Shown here: piece after piece, positions 53,774 through 62,672 of the stretch | Layout of the letters: the number at the start of each line of letters is the position of its first letter | Numbering within the stretch: the first letter of the stretch is position 1 | Assembly (NCBI GenBank): GCA_963762255.1 | Contig: CAVXKA010000003.1 | Span: 64,001 to 128,000 of the forward strand | DNA from: Candidatus Eiseniibacteriota bacterium | GTDB taxonomy: Bacteria > Eisenbacteria > RBG-16-71-46 > JABDJR01 | Length of the DNA: 64,000 nucleotides | Direction of reading: 5' to 3' | Position numbers and translations under genes: made by a program | The notes under the pieces: model-generated | Database searches by the model: none | What the model saw: the letters and a program-made list of their open reading frames with translations, nothing else | Told to the model about the DNA's origin: nothing

Positions 53774-55849
53774 ATGGAAGCTTTAGGAAAATGCGCCCAG
53801 GGGCGCTGCACGCTGCATGCTGTGGGGTATCTCGCCCTTGCCGCCGCCCTGGGAATCTGGGTGGCGGCCATGACGCTCAGGGCTTGCGGCGGGGAGATGA
53901 TCCCGCCCCTGGACGACACCTACATCTACCTCCAGTACGCCCGCGGGGCCGCCTCCGGACAGCCCTTCAGCTATCAGCCGGGGGTGGAACCGACCCGGGG
54001 GGCGACGAGCCTCCTCTACCCCCTTCTGCTCGCTCCTGCGGCCCGCGTCGTCGCTCCCGAGCGCCTGCCGTGGGTCGCCTGGGGACTAGGAATCGTCTTG
54101 CTCGCTTTCTCCGCGCTGGCCGCGGACCGATGGGCCACCCGGCGCGTTTCCCCCGCCGCCGGCTGGGCCGCCGGGCTCCTCACCCTTCTCTCCGGCCACT
54201 ACCTGTGGGGCGCGGCGAGCGGCATGGACATCGCGCTCTACGGATTCGCACTCGCGGGGACGATTGCGGCGGTCCCCTGGTATCAGGACGCGCCCGACCC
54301 CCGAAGCGGGGCGCGACGCCTCGCCGGGCTCGCCGCCTGGCTCTTGTTTCTCGGGCTGGCCCGCCCCGAGGGGACCGCGCTGGCGATGGTGATCGCGCTC
54401 GCAGTGGCGCTGACCCATCGCACCCCGAACAGACGGCGCGCGCGCGCGGCGCTGCTACTCGTCCCGCTCGCGGCGGTGGCGCTGACCGCCGCGACAACGA
54501 TGCTCACCATCGGGGAGCCGACCCCCAACACGCTGGCCGCGAAGGCCGTCTGGAGCGAACAACGTCCCGACGTGCGCGCGAACCTTCTGCGGCATCTGCC
54601 CTCGGTGTTCGTGCAGATCACGCGCGCTCTCTTTAGCGACTTCCATTCGAGAGCGTTCGGGTTCGGGAGCGGTCGGCTGCTCGAAGCGCTCCTCCTTATC
54701 GGAACGGGGTGGGGCGCCGTGACCTCGCTCGTCGGCCGGCGGCGCGATCTCGCCGGGTTCACGCTCACCGCCGTCGTGTTCACCGGGCTCGTGACCGGTC
54801 TCGCTCCCATCGACTTCAACATGCACCATCACCGCTATCAAATCCCCTACGTGCCGCTGGCCGCGATGCTGGTGGTGACGGGATGGTGGCGCGCGTTCCC
54901 GGAACGGGCCTCGTGGCGTACACGCACCCTTCCTCTCGCCCTCATCGGCGTGCTCCTCCTCCCGGGCACCGCGCGCTACGCGCGCATGGTGGCGCGCAAC
55001 GCTGCCAACATTCACGACCAGCAGGTGGCGATGGGCCGCTGGATCGACGCGAATCTGCCCGGCGATGCGGTGGTGGGTGTCAACGACGCCGGCGCGATCG
55101 CCTATTACGGCAACCGCCGTGTCGTGGATCTGGTGGGCCTCGTCACCAACGGCTCCGCGCTTCCCAACCGCGCCGGACCCGGCTCTCTCTTCGAGTGGCT
55201 GGCCGCGCTACCGGCGCGGGACCGGCCCACCCACTTGGCGATATTCCCTGCATGGTTCCCCTACCTCCGGCACACGTCGCTGGTGGGGGCCAAGCTCGCG
55301 CAATTCACCCTCGGTGAGAACACGATCTCGGGCTCCGACGTGAAATCGCTCTACGAGACGGACTGGAGGCACGTGGACGCGAGTGGTGGTCCGGTCGTTC
55401 GGGCGGAGCTCGTGGAGCTATGGGGATTCCGGGTGATGGATTCCCTCAACGTGGCGAACCTGGAGAGCCAACGGGAACACAGGTATGCGGCGTTCGATTC
55501 ATGGCGCGATACGCTCCGCGAGTTCCCCGTCTCCGGGCGGCCCGGTGTAACGCTGATCCAAGGCGGCCGTCAACCCACGCGCGGCGAGCGCTTCACGTTG
55601 CGTTGCCGCCCTCGCGAACCCGCCGTCCTGGTGATGCGCACCGAGGCGTTCCTCCCCTTCCGGCTGCAACTCACCGTGAACCGCGCGGCGGTCGGGGTGT
55701 GGGACGTTCCTGCGGAGCCTCTCGTCTGGAGCGAGCCCTTGATCGAGATCCCCGACACGCTGCTCGCCGGAGCAACGGCGACCTTCGAGCTCACGCAGGC
55801 GGACGGAGCGCCACCCTACCCGTCCTTCCGCTACTGGCTGCTGCAATAG
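53774..55849 (+). CDS. Multi-pass GT-C-type glycosyltransferase with a C-terminal periplasmic domain
   Basis: LDDTYIYLQYAR after TM1, GATSLLY, SGMD, ARPEG, RY..P and DAGAIAYY...DLVGL. Confidence 0.75.
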   Translation: MEALGKCAQGRCTLHAVGYLALAAALGIWVAAMTLRACGGEMIPPLDDTYIYLQYARGAASGQPFSYQPGVEPTRGATSLLYPLLLAPAARVVAPERLPWVAWGLGIVLLAFSALAADRWATRRVSPAAGWAAGLLTLLSGHYLWGAASGMDIALYGFALAGTIAAVPWYQDAPDPRSGARRLAGLAAWLLFLGLARPEGTALAMVIALAVALTHRTPNRRRARAALLLVPLAAVALTAATTMLTIGEPTPNTLAAKAVWSEQRPDVRANLLRHLPSVFVQITRALFSDFHSRAFGFGSGRLLEALLLIGTGWGAVTSLVGRRRDLAGFTLTAVVFTGLVTGLAPIDFNMHHHRYQIPYVPLAAMLVVTGWWRAFPERASWRTRTLPLALIGVLLLPGTARYARMVARNAANIHDQQVAMGRWIDANLPGDAVVGVNDAGAIAYYGNRRVVDLVGLVTNGSALPNRAGPGSLFEWLAALPARDRPTHLAIFPAWFPYLRHTSLVGAKLAQFTLGENTISGSDVKSLYETDWRHVDASGGPVVRAELVELWGFRVMDSLNVANLESQREHRYAAFDSWRDTLREFPVSGRPGVTLIQGGRQPTRGERFTLRCRPREPAVLVMRTEAFLPFRLQLTVNRAAVGVWDVPAEPLVWSEPLIEIPDTLLAGATATFELTQADGAPPYPSFRYWLLQ

Positions 55850-55854
55850 CCGGT

Positions 55855-57132
55855 TCAGCGTTCGCGCCAGCTCGACACGACGTAGGGGCTCAGCGTCGCC
55901 AGACGGGCGAGAGCTGCACTGGAGTACTTGATGTCCGCGTTGCCGCCCACGACCTGCCCCGTCACGCCGCCCTGGCAGAGCACGGAGCCGTAGATGTGAA
56001 TGCCCATCCCGCCGCCGGTGAACTTGATGTCGCCCAGCACGAGAACCAAGCCGTACCAGATGAACTGCCCCGTGCAGTCGAAATCGCCGTCGACGATCAG
56101 GAGACCACCCCCCTCGCACTGCCCGGAAGTGTGCATGTCACCGGTGCAGTGCACGACTTTGTAATCGTCGTACCCGCCCCATGTGTCGTTCGCGTAGTTT
56201 CCGCTGGGAAGGACAATCGTCGCCATCGCGCTGTACGCGGCGGCCATGGCCTGCAAGTCGAGATCGACCGGAGAGGAGAGTATGGACGGCTCCGCCCCCT
56301 CGCCCTCGACGTTGTTTTGCTGGTTGCCCTTGAGGTCATCGGCGATGTCGGCGGGATCCTTCGTTGTCAGGATGCCCGGGACCGACGGGTTGCCGATGAG
56401 AGTATCCCCCGTGACCGGATCCCAGTCCAGCCCGCTCACCCGGAATGCGGTGCCGTGGAACGCGAACTCGTCATCCTCGCAGTAGAGGGCGGTATTGACG
56501 GTCTGAAACGGATACTTCACCGCCTCCACTTCCACGGTACGGTTCGCGGTCCCCTGCTCTCCCTGGCTGGTCACGACAAGCACCGGCATACCGCGGGTCA
56601 GGTTGAGCTGCGGCGCTGTCGTGATGTCGTTGTCATGGTCCCCGAAGAGCATCGGCAGGTTCGAAGCATTGAGTTTGTAGCGCACCTTGGCCCACGGGTA
56701 CGGGATGATATCGGAGCCGGTTTGCTTCGTGGTGATCTCGGGATAGCGCTCGCCGGTTTCGTCGATCGATCCGTCACCGTCGTTGTCGAGACCGTCTGCT
56801 GCGGCGAGGGCAGCATCGGGATCCTGCACCGAGGCCTGCGCGGCGGTCACCACGTAGGTCCCCCAACCCGGATCGGCCACCCACTCATCCTGCTGCTGGC
56901 CGATGTAGTTGGCGCTGTCTACGGGATTGGACATTCGCGCCAGCACCTCACCGTAGCCCGCTTCGGCGTTGAAGAGCGACTGCGTCCACCGCTGATCCTG
57001 TCCGGCGATCTGAGTTTCAGTATTGGTCTGCACCAGAAACATGGTCCCGATCACGGTGAGGACCAGGAGCACGAGAAGGCTGATCACCATCGCGCTCCCG
57101 CGCTCATCGCTCCGAAATTCGTGGCGTTTCAC
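55855..57132 (-). CDS. pilX: PilX-type minor pilin with a large C-terminal domain
   Basis: ERG-SAMVISLLVLLVL class III signal lacking E5, then FNAEAG. Confidence 0.8.
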   Translation of the reverse strand: MKRHEFRSDERGSAMVISLLVLLVLTVIGTMFLVQTNTETQIAGQDQRWTQSLFNAEAGYGEVLARMSNPVDSANYIGQQQDEWVADPGWGTYVVTAAQASVQDPDAALAAADGLDNDGDGSIDETGERYPEITTKQTGSDIIPYPWAKVRYKLNASNLPMLFGDHDNDITTAPQLNLTRGMPVLVVTSQGEQGTANRTVEVEAVKYPFQTVNTALYCEDDEFAFHGTAFRVSGLDWDPVTGDTLIGNPSVPGILTTKDPADIADDLKGNQQNNVEGEGAEPSILSSPVDLDLQAMAAAYSAMATIVLPSGNYANDTWGGYDDYKVVHCTGDMHTSGQCEGGGLLIVDGDFDCTGQFIWYGLVLVLGDIKFTGGGMGIHIYGSVLCQGGVTGQVVGGNADIKYSSAALARLATLSPYVVSSWRER

Positions 57133-57141
57133 GGCGATCTC

Positions 57142-59271
57142 CTAGGGGGTAAGGGTCCAGACGTACGGATTCAGGTAGATCACGATCTCCCCCGTAGTGC
57201 TCGTGATCGCTGTGCCGCAGACGATGTCGTTGAGCAGGTCAAGATACGGCGCGGTCCAGGGCGCCTCGACCTTACCGATAGCAACCGCCGTCACGGTGCC
57301 GCCCGCGTTTGCGTCGCTCCAGGATTCTCCCACCGGGACGATCTCCGAGGATGTCGCGGCCTCGCTGTCGCAGAACCAGGACTGCACCCGTCGGCTCGAA
57401 GTGCCGGCAACGATGTCGTTCGTCGTGTTTCCGTAGTCGATGGGGCCCACCGCCACGCACAGCACGATCTTGTCCGCTACGGCCGCATCGGAGAGGGTCA
57501 TGCCTCCCATGCCGTCGTTGAGCCACACTTCGACCTGGCCGGTATTGGTTCCGGTCTTGGTCCCGGTGACGAGATCGATGTACCCGTCCGCATTCATGCG
57601 ACCGGCGGCGATGGCATTGACCTTGCCGCCCGATAACCAGGGTCCCTTTCGCGTAAAGGAGTCGTTGGTGCCGTTGATCCAGACCTCGACCTTGCCCGCC
57701 TTATCGTTGGTGGAGGTCTTGGTGCCGGCGGCGATGTCGGCCCAGGTGTCGCCGTTGAAATCGGCCACGGCCACGGCGTTGACCGCACCTTCGGCCGAGT
57801 ACACGACCTTTTGGGTGAAGGCTCCGCTTCCATTGTTGTACCAGACCTCGATCTTGCCCGAGGTCGCCCCGGTGGCCACCCCCAGGACGACGTCCGGGTA
57901 CCCGTCCCTGTTGAAATCTCCGACCCCGACCGAGCGGCCACTGCCGGACCCCTGGGCATAGAAGGCACTGGGCGAGGTCGTGACGGCGCCGCTGCCCACC
58001 CATCCCGGATGAGCGCTCGCCTGGTTCAACCAGACCTCAAAACCCCCGCTGACGGTGCTGATCGACACCGCGGCCACGACGTCCCGGGCGAGAGGGTCCC
58101 CGCCGTTGAAATTCGCCGATGCGAGGGCGTTGATGGTCCGCGAGCTGCTGCCGGCGTAGTTCGACGTTGCGTTGTAGTACCGGTCTGCCGGGTACTTGAG
58201 TGGATATCCCTCGAACCACACTCTCAGGTTGTTGACTCCGCTCACCTGGGTGCCCACCGTGATGTCGCGGTCATGCTGGCCGTCTGTGGTGACGTTGGAG
58301 CCTTCCTGGGAGTCGCGTTCATTGAGATCCGCGAGCTCGAGGCTCAGCACCTTCTCGGTGGGGATGCGGATGGGCGGCTCCATCGGCGGCATCGGCGGCT
58401 CCGGGGTGGCGGTCGTGTCGACTCCGGTACTGTCGGCGGTCGAATCACCCTCGTCCGGGACCGGCTCGCCCTCGGGAATCGCCACTCCGGTCAGAAACGC
58501 TCCGCCGAGTTGGAGATTCCGCGGGTGGATGGTCCCGGTCACCCGCACCTGCCGGTAGGAACCCGAACTCGGATCCTGCACGCTGGCCTCGGTCACCACC
58601 GCCACCCGCAGCGAGTTGTACCCGATAGGCAAGGAAGACCCCGCCGGCTTGCCCAGCGCTGTGTCGGGCACGGTCTTCCCGTACTCCGCGCCCGCGGGAT
58701 CGGCGGCGGCGCCCACCAGCGAAGCGCCGTCGACGGCGAGAAAGTCGAAGAGGCGCACGTTCCAGCCACTGTGATTGGGAGTCCGTTGGGTCACCCCATA
58801 GGCAATCACATCCCCCTTGCCCGCGCCGGGCTCGGCCAGGGAGTCGGCGGACGTGCTGATCACCCGCCGCAACACGTAGTCGTTGGGATTGGGCGAGCCG
58901 GCCACGATGGGGTCGCTCGCGTTATTGTCCATGAAGTAGGTGATGCGCTCACCGGGCTCCACGGTTCCGTCGGCATCGCGGTCGATGACCAAGGTCACTC
59001 GATACTCGCTCCCGATCTCGACCGGCACCGTCACGGCGGTATTGATCCCGTAGCCGGCCTGGCGCAGGTCGCTCAGGATCGCGTCGAGCGCAACCCGCGC
59101 GTTCTGCTGGGCCTCGGCGACGGTCGTGCTCACCCGTTCGCTCTGGTTCGTGCGAATCATGACCTGGTAGACGGTCACGCCGATGATCGAGAAGACCGCG
59201 AGGGCCAGCATCGTCTCGAGAAGGGTGAAACCGCGATCACCGCCGGTGCGGATGCGCTGTCGGAGACTCAT
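57142..59271 (-). CDS. pilW: PilW-type prepilin fused to seven FG-GAP-like repeats
   Basis: RG-FTLLETMLAL, AQQNARVALD...DLRQAGYG; repeats such as GDFNRDGYPDVV and ADFNGDTWADIA. Confidence 0.82.
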   Translation of the reverse strand: MSLRQRIRTGGDRGFTLLETMLALAVFSIIGVTVYQVMIRTNQSERVSTTVAEAQQNARVALDAILSDLRQAGYGINTAVTVPVEIGSEYRVTLVIDRDADGTVEPGERITYFMDNNASDPIVAGSPNPNDYVLRRVISTSADSLAEPGAGKGDVIAYGVTQRTPNHSGWNVRLFDFLAVDGASLVGAAADPAGAEYGKTVPDTALGKPAGSSLPIGYNSLRVAVVTEASVQDPSSGSYRQVRVTGTIHPRNLQLGGAFLTGVAIPEGEPVPDEGDSTADSTGVDTTATPEPPMPPMEPPIRIPTEKVLSLELADLNERDSQEGSNVTTDGQHDRDITVGTQVSGVNNLRVWFEGYPLKYPADRYYNATSNYAGSSSRTINALASANFNGGDPLARDVVAAVSISTVSGGFEVWLNQASAHPGWVGSGAVTTSPSAFYAQGSGSGRSVGVGDFNRDGYPDVVLGVATGATSGKIEVWYNNGSGAFTQKVVYSAEGAVNAVAVADFNGDTWADIAAGTKTSTNDKAGKVEVWINGTNDSFTRKGPWLSGGKVNAIAAGRMNADGYIDLVTGTKTGTNTGQVEVWLNDGMGGMTLSDAAVADKIVLCVAVGPIDYGNTTNDIVAGTSSRRVQSWFCDSEAATSSEIVPVGESWSDANAGGTVTAVAIGKVEAPWTAPYLDLLNDIVCGTAITSTTGEIVIYLNPYVWTLTP

Positions 59272-59291
59272 GGCAATCGTTCCCTTCGCTG

Positions 59292-59687
59292 CTAGTTTGC
59301 GGTGACAAACGTGGTCAACCGGGCGGTCCTGGTCCCGGTCAAGACCGGCCAAGACGCGACGAGGTTGATCCGCTTGCTCCCCGGCACGGGGGTGTTGTCG
59401 GTAATGGTCCAGCTCAACGTGTAGTTGCCGACCGTTTCCGTGTACGTGCCGGCGGTGAGCGCGGCCGACGTGAAGTCCTCGGCCTGGAGTTCATCCACGC
59501 GCATTTGCGCCGCCTGCACGGCGTTGGTGCGGACACGCGCCTGGGTGATGCCGGCCATGCCCGCCGGGACGAGCTGACCGACGGCCAAGAGCCCGATGCC
59601 CAGGAACGTGATGGCGATCATGACCTCGACGAGGCTGAATCCCTCGCCGCGATTCCCGGAATGATGCATGCTCTTGCGATCGATCAT
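59292..59687 (-). CDS. pilV: PilV-type minor pilin
   Basis: EG-FSLVEVMIAITFLGIGLLA...A...A..R.DEL. Confidence 0.82.
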   Translation of the reverse strand: MIDRKSMHHSGNRGEGFSLVEVMIAITFLGIGLLAVGQLVPAGMAGITQARVRTNAVQAAQMRVDELQAEDFTSAALTAGTYTETVGNYTLSWTITDNTPVPGSKRINLVASWPVLTGTRTARLTTFVTAN

Positions 59688-59697
59688 GGCCGTCTCC

Positions 59698-60177
59698 TCA
59701 ATTCAGTCGCACCTGACCGGTGGGCGCCAGCACCGTGAGTTCCTGCGAGTAGCCTGCCTCGTTGGTCAGGACCACCGTTCCCGTCCCCGACGCGCTGCCG
59801 TTCGGACCGAAGACGATCTGGTCGCCGGCGAAGCCCTCCCCCGCTTTGCTCTCAATGTCCAGTCCTTCGGGCAGGAGGAAGGGTCCGAGTACGGGCTCGC
59901 CCACCTGCGCTTGCCCGTCGGCGTTGCTGTCCCGCACGATCGAATAGGCGTCGGCCTCGAAATCCCAGACGGCGATTCGCGGAACGCCCTCCGCCACCGC
60001 GCTCTGGCGAGCCAGGCGCAAGCGCCCGGACACCTCACGACTTGCGTCGTTGACGCGGTTGCTCTGGAGATACCCGCGGAACGAGGGCAAGGCGGCAAGC
60101 ATGGAGATGCCCATGATGGCGACCACCACCATCACCTCCACCAGCGTGAATCCGGATTGAACTCTATCGGGACGCAT
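59698..60177 (-). CDS. FimT/FimU (GspH-like) minor pilin
   Basis: SG-FTLVEVMVV, LRLARQSAV, IVF.PNG and TGQVR. Confidence 0.87.
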   Translation of the reverse strand: MRPDRVQSGFTLVEVMVVVAIMGISMLAALPSFRGYLQSNRVNDASREVSGRLRLARQSAVAEGVPRIAVWDFEADAYSIVRDSNADGQAQVGEPVLGPFLLPEGLDIESKAGEGFAGDQIVFGPNGSASGTGTVVLTNEAGYSQELTVLAPTGQVRLN

Positions 60178-60230
60178 GGATGCCTCCAGGCTCAATGAAC
60201 CCTCGTGCGCATAGTGCCGCCTTCCGGAAC

Positions 60231-60245
60231 GCAAGTTCGGTGCCA
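60231..60245 (-). promoter_or_regulatory. sigma54 -24/-12 promoter for the minor pilin operon
   Basis: TGGCAC-CGAAC-TTGC, exact consensus spacing, 53 nt upstream of the fimT-like ATG. Confidence 0.8.
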
Positions 60246-60308
60246 CCTGAGAGGGGAGGGTGGCGAGAAGGCCAACCGCTTTGCGGCACACGTGTTAAGA
60301 ATCAGGAA

Positions 60309-60321
60309 CAACAATGGGTTA
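60309..60321. promoter_or_regulatory. Possible IHF site
   Basis: CAACAATGGGTTA versus consensus WATCAANNNNTTR, in an AT-rich patch upstream of the sigma54 site. Confidence 0.35.
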
Positions 60322-60445
60322 ACGCACCCGCACTGCAATCCGAATCGTCTCGTCGCTCATTCGGCAACGCGGGCGCGGCGCGGCGGGACGGGGCGGCGCG
60401 AAACCGTCTGGGGAATCGCGCTCGGGGATGGCTTGATTCAGCCGG

Positions 60446-61234
60446 CTACTGACGCCGCGTCAGGGCGAGATACCAGCCGAGCAGTCCTGGCCCCCAGATG
60501 TAGACCAGCACCCCCACCGGGGCGAGGAAGGTGCCGAAGGGAAGCGCCGTGCGACGGCTTCCCCGGCCGCGAGCGATGAGCGCCAGCCCGGCGATGCTCC
60601 CGCTCAAGGAGGCGAGGAAGATGGTCATGAGCAAACCCTGCCACCCCAGGAATGCGCCGAGCATGGCCGCCAACTTCACGTCCCCCCCGCCCATTCCCTC
60701 GACACCCGTAAGCCTCTGGTAGCCCCGTCCCAGGCCCCACAGAAGCGCGTAGCCGAGGGCGGCGCCGGCGAGCGCCCCGATGAGCGTCACCGGGGTCAGG
60801 AAAGAGGCCAGAATGCCGAGCGCGATGCCGGGAAGCGTGATGACGTCGGGAATGATGCGATGATCCCAATCGACGAGCGTCACAACGATCATCGCCGAGG
60901 CGAAGAACAGCGCGGGCGGGAGCGCCCAGCTCGCACCGTATCGCCAGGCCAAGCCAAGAAAGATCAGCGCGGTGAGCGCCTCGACCGCCGGATATCGTGC
61001 GGAGATGCGCGCCCGACAGGACCGGCAGCGCCCCCGCAACCAGATCCAGGCGAGGACCGGAACGTTGTCGTAGGGAGCAATGCGCGTTCCGCACGCCGGG
61101 CAACTCGAAGGGGGGGAAACCACCGAGCGGCCAAGCGGGATCCGGTAGATGCAGACGTTCAGGAACGACCCGATCACCGCCCCGAACAGGGCGGCGACCA
61201 TGGGTGCGAACCAGAGCGGGCAAGCCGCCGTCAT
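60446..61234 (-). CDS. pilD: Prepilin peptidase
   Basis: GSFLNVCIYRIP, CPAC/CRSC, D.DH.IIPD, GMGGGDVKL and PFGTFL. Confidence 0.96.
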   Translation of the reverse strand: MTAACPLWFAPMVAALFGAVIGSFLNVCIYRIPLGRSVVSPPSSCPACGTRIAPYDNVPVLAWIWLRGRCRSCRARISARYPAVEALTALIFLGLAWRYGASWALPPALFFASAMIVVTLVDWDHRIIPDVITLPGIALGILASFLTPVTLIGALAGAALGYALLWGLGRGYQRLTGVEGMGGGDVKLAAMLGAFLGWQGLLMTIFLASLSGSIAGLALIARGRGSRRTALPFGTFLAPVGVLVYIWGPGLLGWYLALTRRQ

Positions 61235-61908
61235 TGCGCTCCGCCGCTCGGCGCCGCATCGAGCAGGACCTGGAGCGAGTCCGCCTTGGCCACGGCCATC
61301 TCCCGGATCCAGGGATTGGAACTGCGCTGCGATACTTCCCGCCATAGCGCGACCGCCATGCGCTGGTCCCCCGCGCGTTGCGCGGCGAACGCCGCGAAGC
61401 GGCTCGTGTACTCGGGAGCGTCGGGCAACGATGCGGCAAGCGTGAAGTAGCGGGCGGCCTCCCTCTGGTTCTCGAGGAAGACGTAGTTGGCGAACCCGTT
61501 CTCGAAAGCGACCTCCCACGATCGCGGGTTGGCGGCGAGACCTTTCTTCAGGAGTCGCTCCCCCTCCTCCGGTCTCCGGCCATCGGTGAACAGCACGTAC
61601 GAGCCGAACAGGTAGGGCTCCGTGAAGGAGGGATCCAGGTCGGTGACGATGTCGCAGAGGTGGTACATCATGTCGAATTCCCGGTCGCCGCGCCGATGCG
61701 CGCCGTAGTACTGAACGGTGCGCAGCCAAGTCCATGCGGCTGCGGCTTGATCGTAGCCCAGCGCGGCCTCTTTGAGAAACCGCCCCGAGGGGTAATAGAG
61801 CAACTCCTCGCGCTGCGTCCGGCTCGCCTGCGCGTGCGGTGACAACGCGGCGGCGGCGATGAGGAACACGGCACCGGCGAGGAGCCCCAAGGCCATGGCG
61901 CGGCGCAT
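61231..61908 (-). CDS. Pilus-associated exported TPR-like protein
   Basis: Signal/TM, W.R.VQYYG, DLDP.F..PY and LKKGL.ANP.SW; translationally coupled on both sides. Confidence 0.7.
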   Translation of the reverse strand: MRRAMALGLLAGAVFLIAAAALSPHAQASRTQREELLYYPSGRFLKEAALGYDQAAAAWTWLRTVQYYGAHRRGDREFDMMYHLCDIVTDLDPSFTEPYLFGSYVLFTDGRRPEEGERLLKKGLAANPRSWEVAFENGFANYVFLENQREAARYFTLAASLPDAPEYTSRFAAFAAQRAGDQRMAVALWREVSQRSSNPWIREMAVAKADSLQVLLDAAPSGGAQ

Positions 61909-62672
61909 CACCGAAACTCCCTCCGCCCGAAGATCACCGAGGCGGTGACCAGAAGGAAGGCCGTGTAGAGAAGCGCGTACCCCGCCGCCGAAGCCACTCG
62001 CTCCGGAGTCGGGCTCAGGCCGTAGGCGGCCTCGGCCCGCAGGTTGAAGGCGTCGAGATGGGGAAGGAGATAGTAGAAACCGCGGGCGAGGAAGGCCAGA
62101 GCGGCCGACGGGGCCTTCTCGGCGAAGCGGAGCAGATCGCCCGAGAAATGACCGAACACGAAGACGGCGAGCGTGAACACGCCGGCCAGAGCCGGTGACA
62201 CAAAGGTCGAGAACGCCACCACCACAGCGGTCATCACGGTGAGTTCGCCGAAGGTGAAGGCCGCGGCCCACAGCACCGCCGCCGGCACCGTTCCTTCGCG
62301 CAGCCAGATTACCGCGGCGAGAAGCGCCACCATGGCCACGAACACGAAGAGCACCATCCCCATCATCCCCAGGTACTTGCCGATCAGGAATTCCGGTCGG
62401 CGAACCGGCTTGGCCAGCACGGTGAGCACGGTGCGCCGGTCAATTTCCTTCTGCACCATCCCCGCGCCTACCAGCACGATGAGGATCACTCCCACGAGCG
62501 ACAGGGCGGCGAGGCCCAGGTCACGGACCACGCGAGGTCCCTCTCCCATGGCAAGCGGGGTCAGGATATAGGCGCCCCCGAGCACGACCGCCGCGTAGAG
62601 GAGGAGGATCCACTGCACGCGGTCCCGGCGGGCCTCGCGAAACGTGTTGAGCGCGATGGCGAGCGTTTTCAT
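61908..62672 (-). CDS. ABC-2 type permease (Myxococcus PilI-like)
   Basis: IALNTFREARRDR and EIDRRTV.TVLAKPV.R.EF..GKY. Confidence 0.88.
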   Translation of the reverse strand: MKTLAIALNTFREARRDRVQWILLLYAAVVLGGAYILTPLAMGEGPRVVRDLGLAALSLVGVILIVLVGAGMVQKEIDRRTVLTVLAKPVRRPEFLIGKYLGMMGMVLFVFVAMVALLAAVIWLREGTVPAAVLWAAAFTFGELTVMTAVVVAFSTFVSPALAGVFTLAVFVFGHFSGDLLRFAEKAPSAALAFLARGFYYLLPHLDAFNLRAEAAYGLSPTPERVASAAGYALLYTAFLLVTASVIFGRREFR

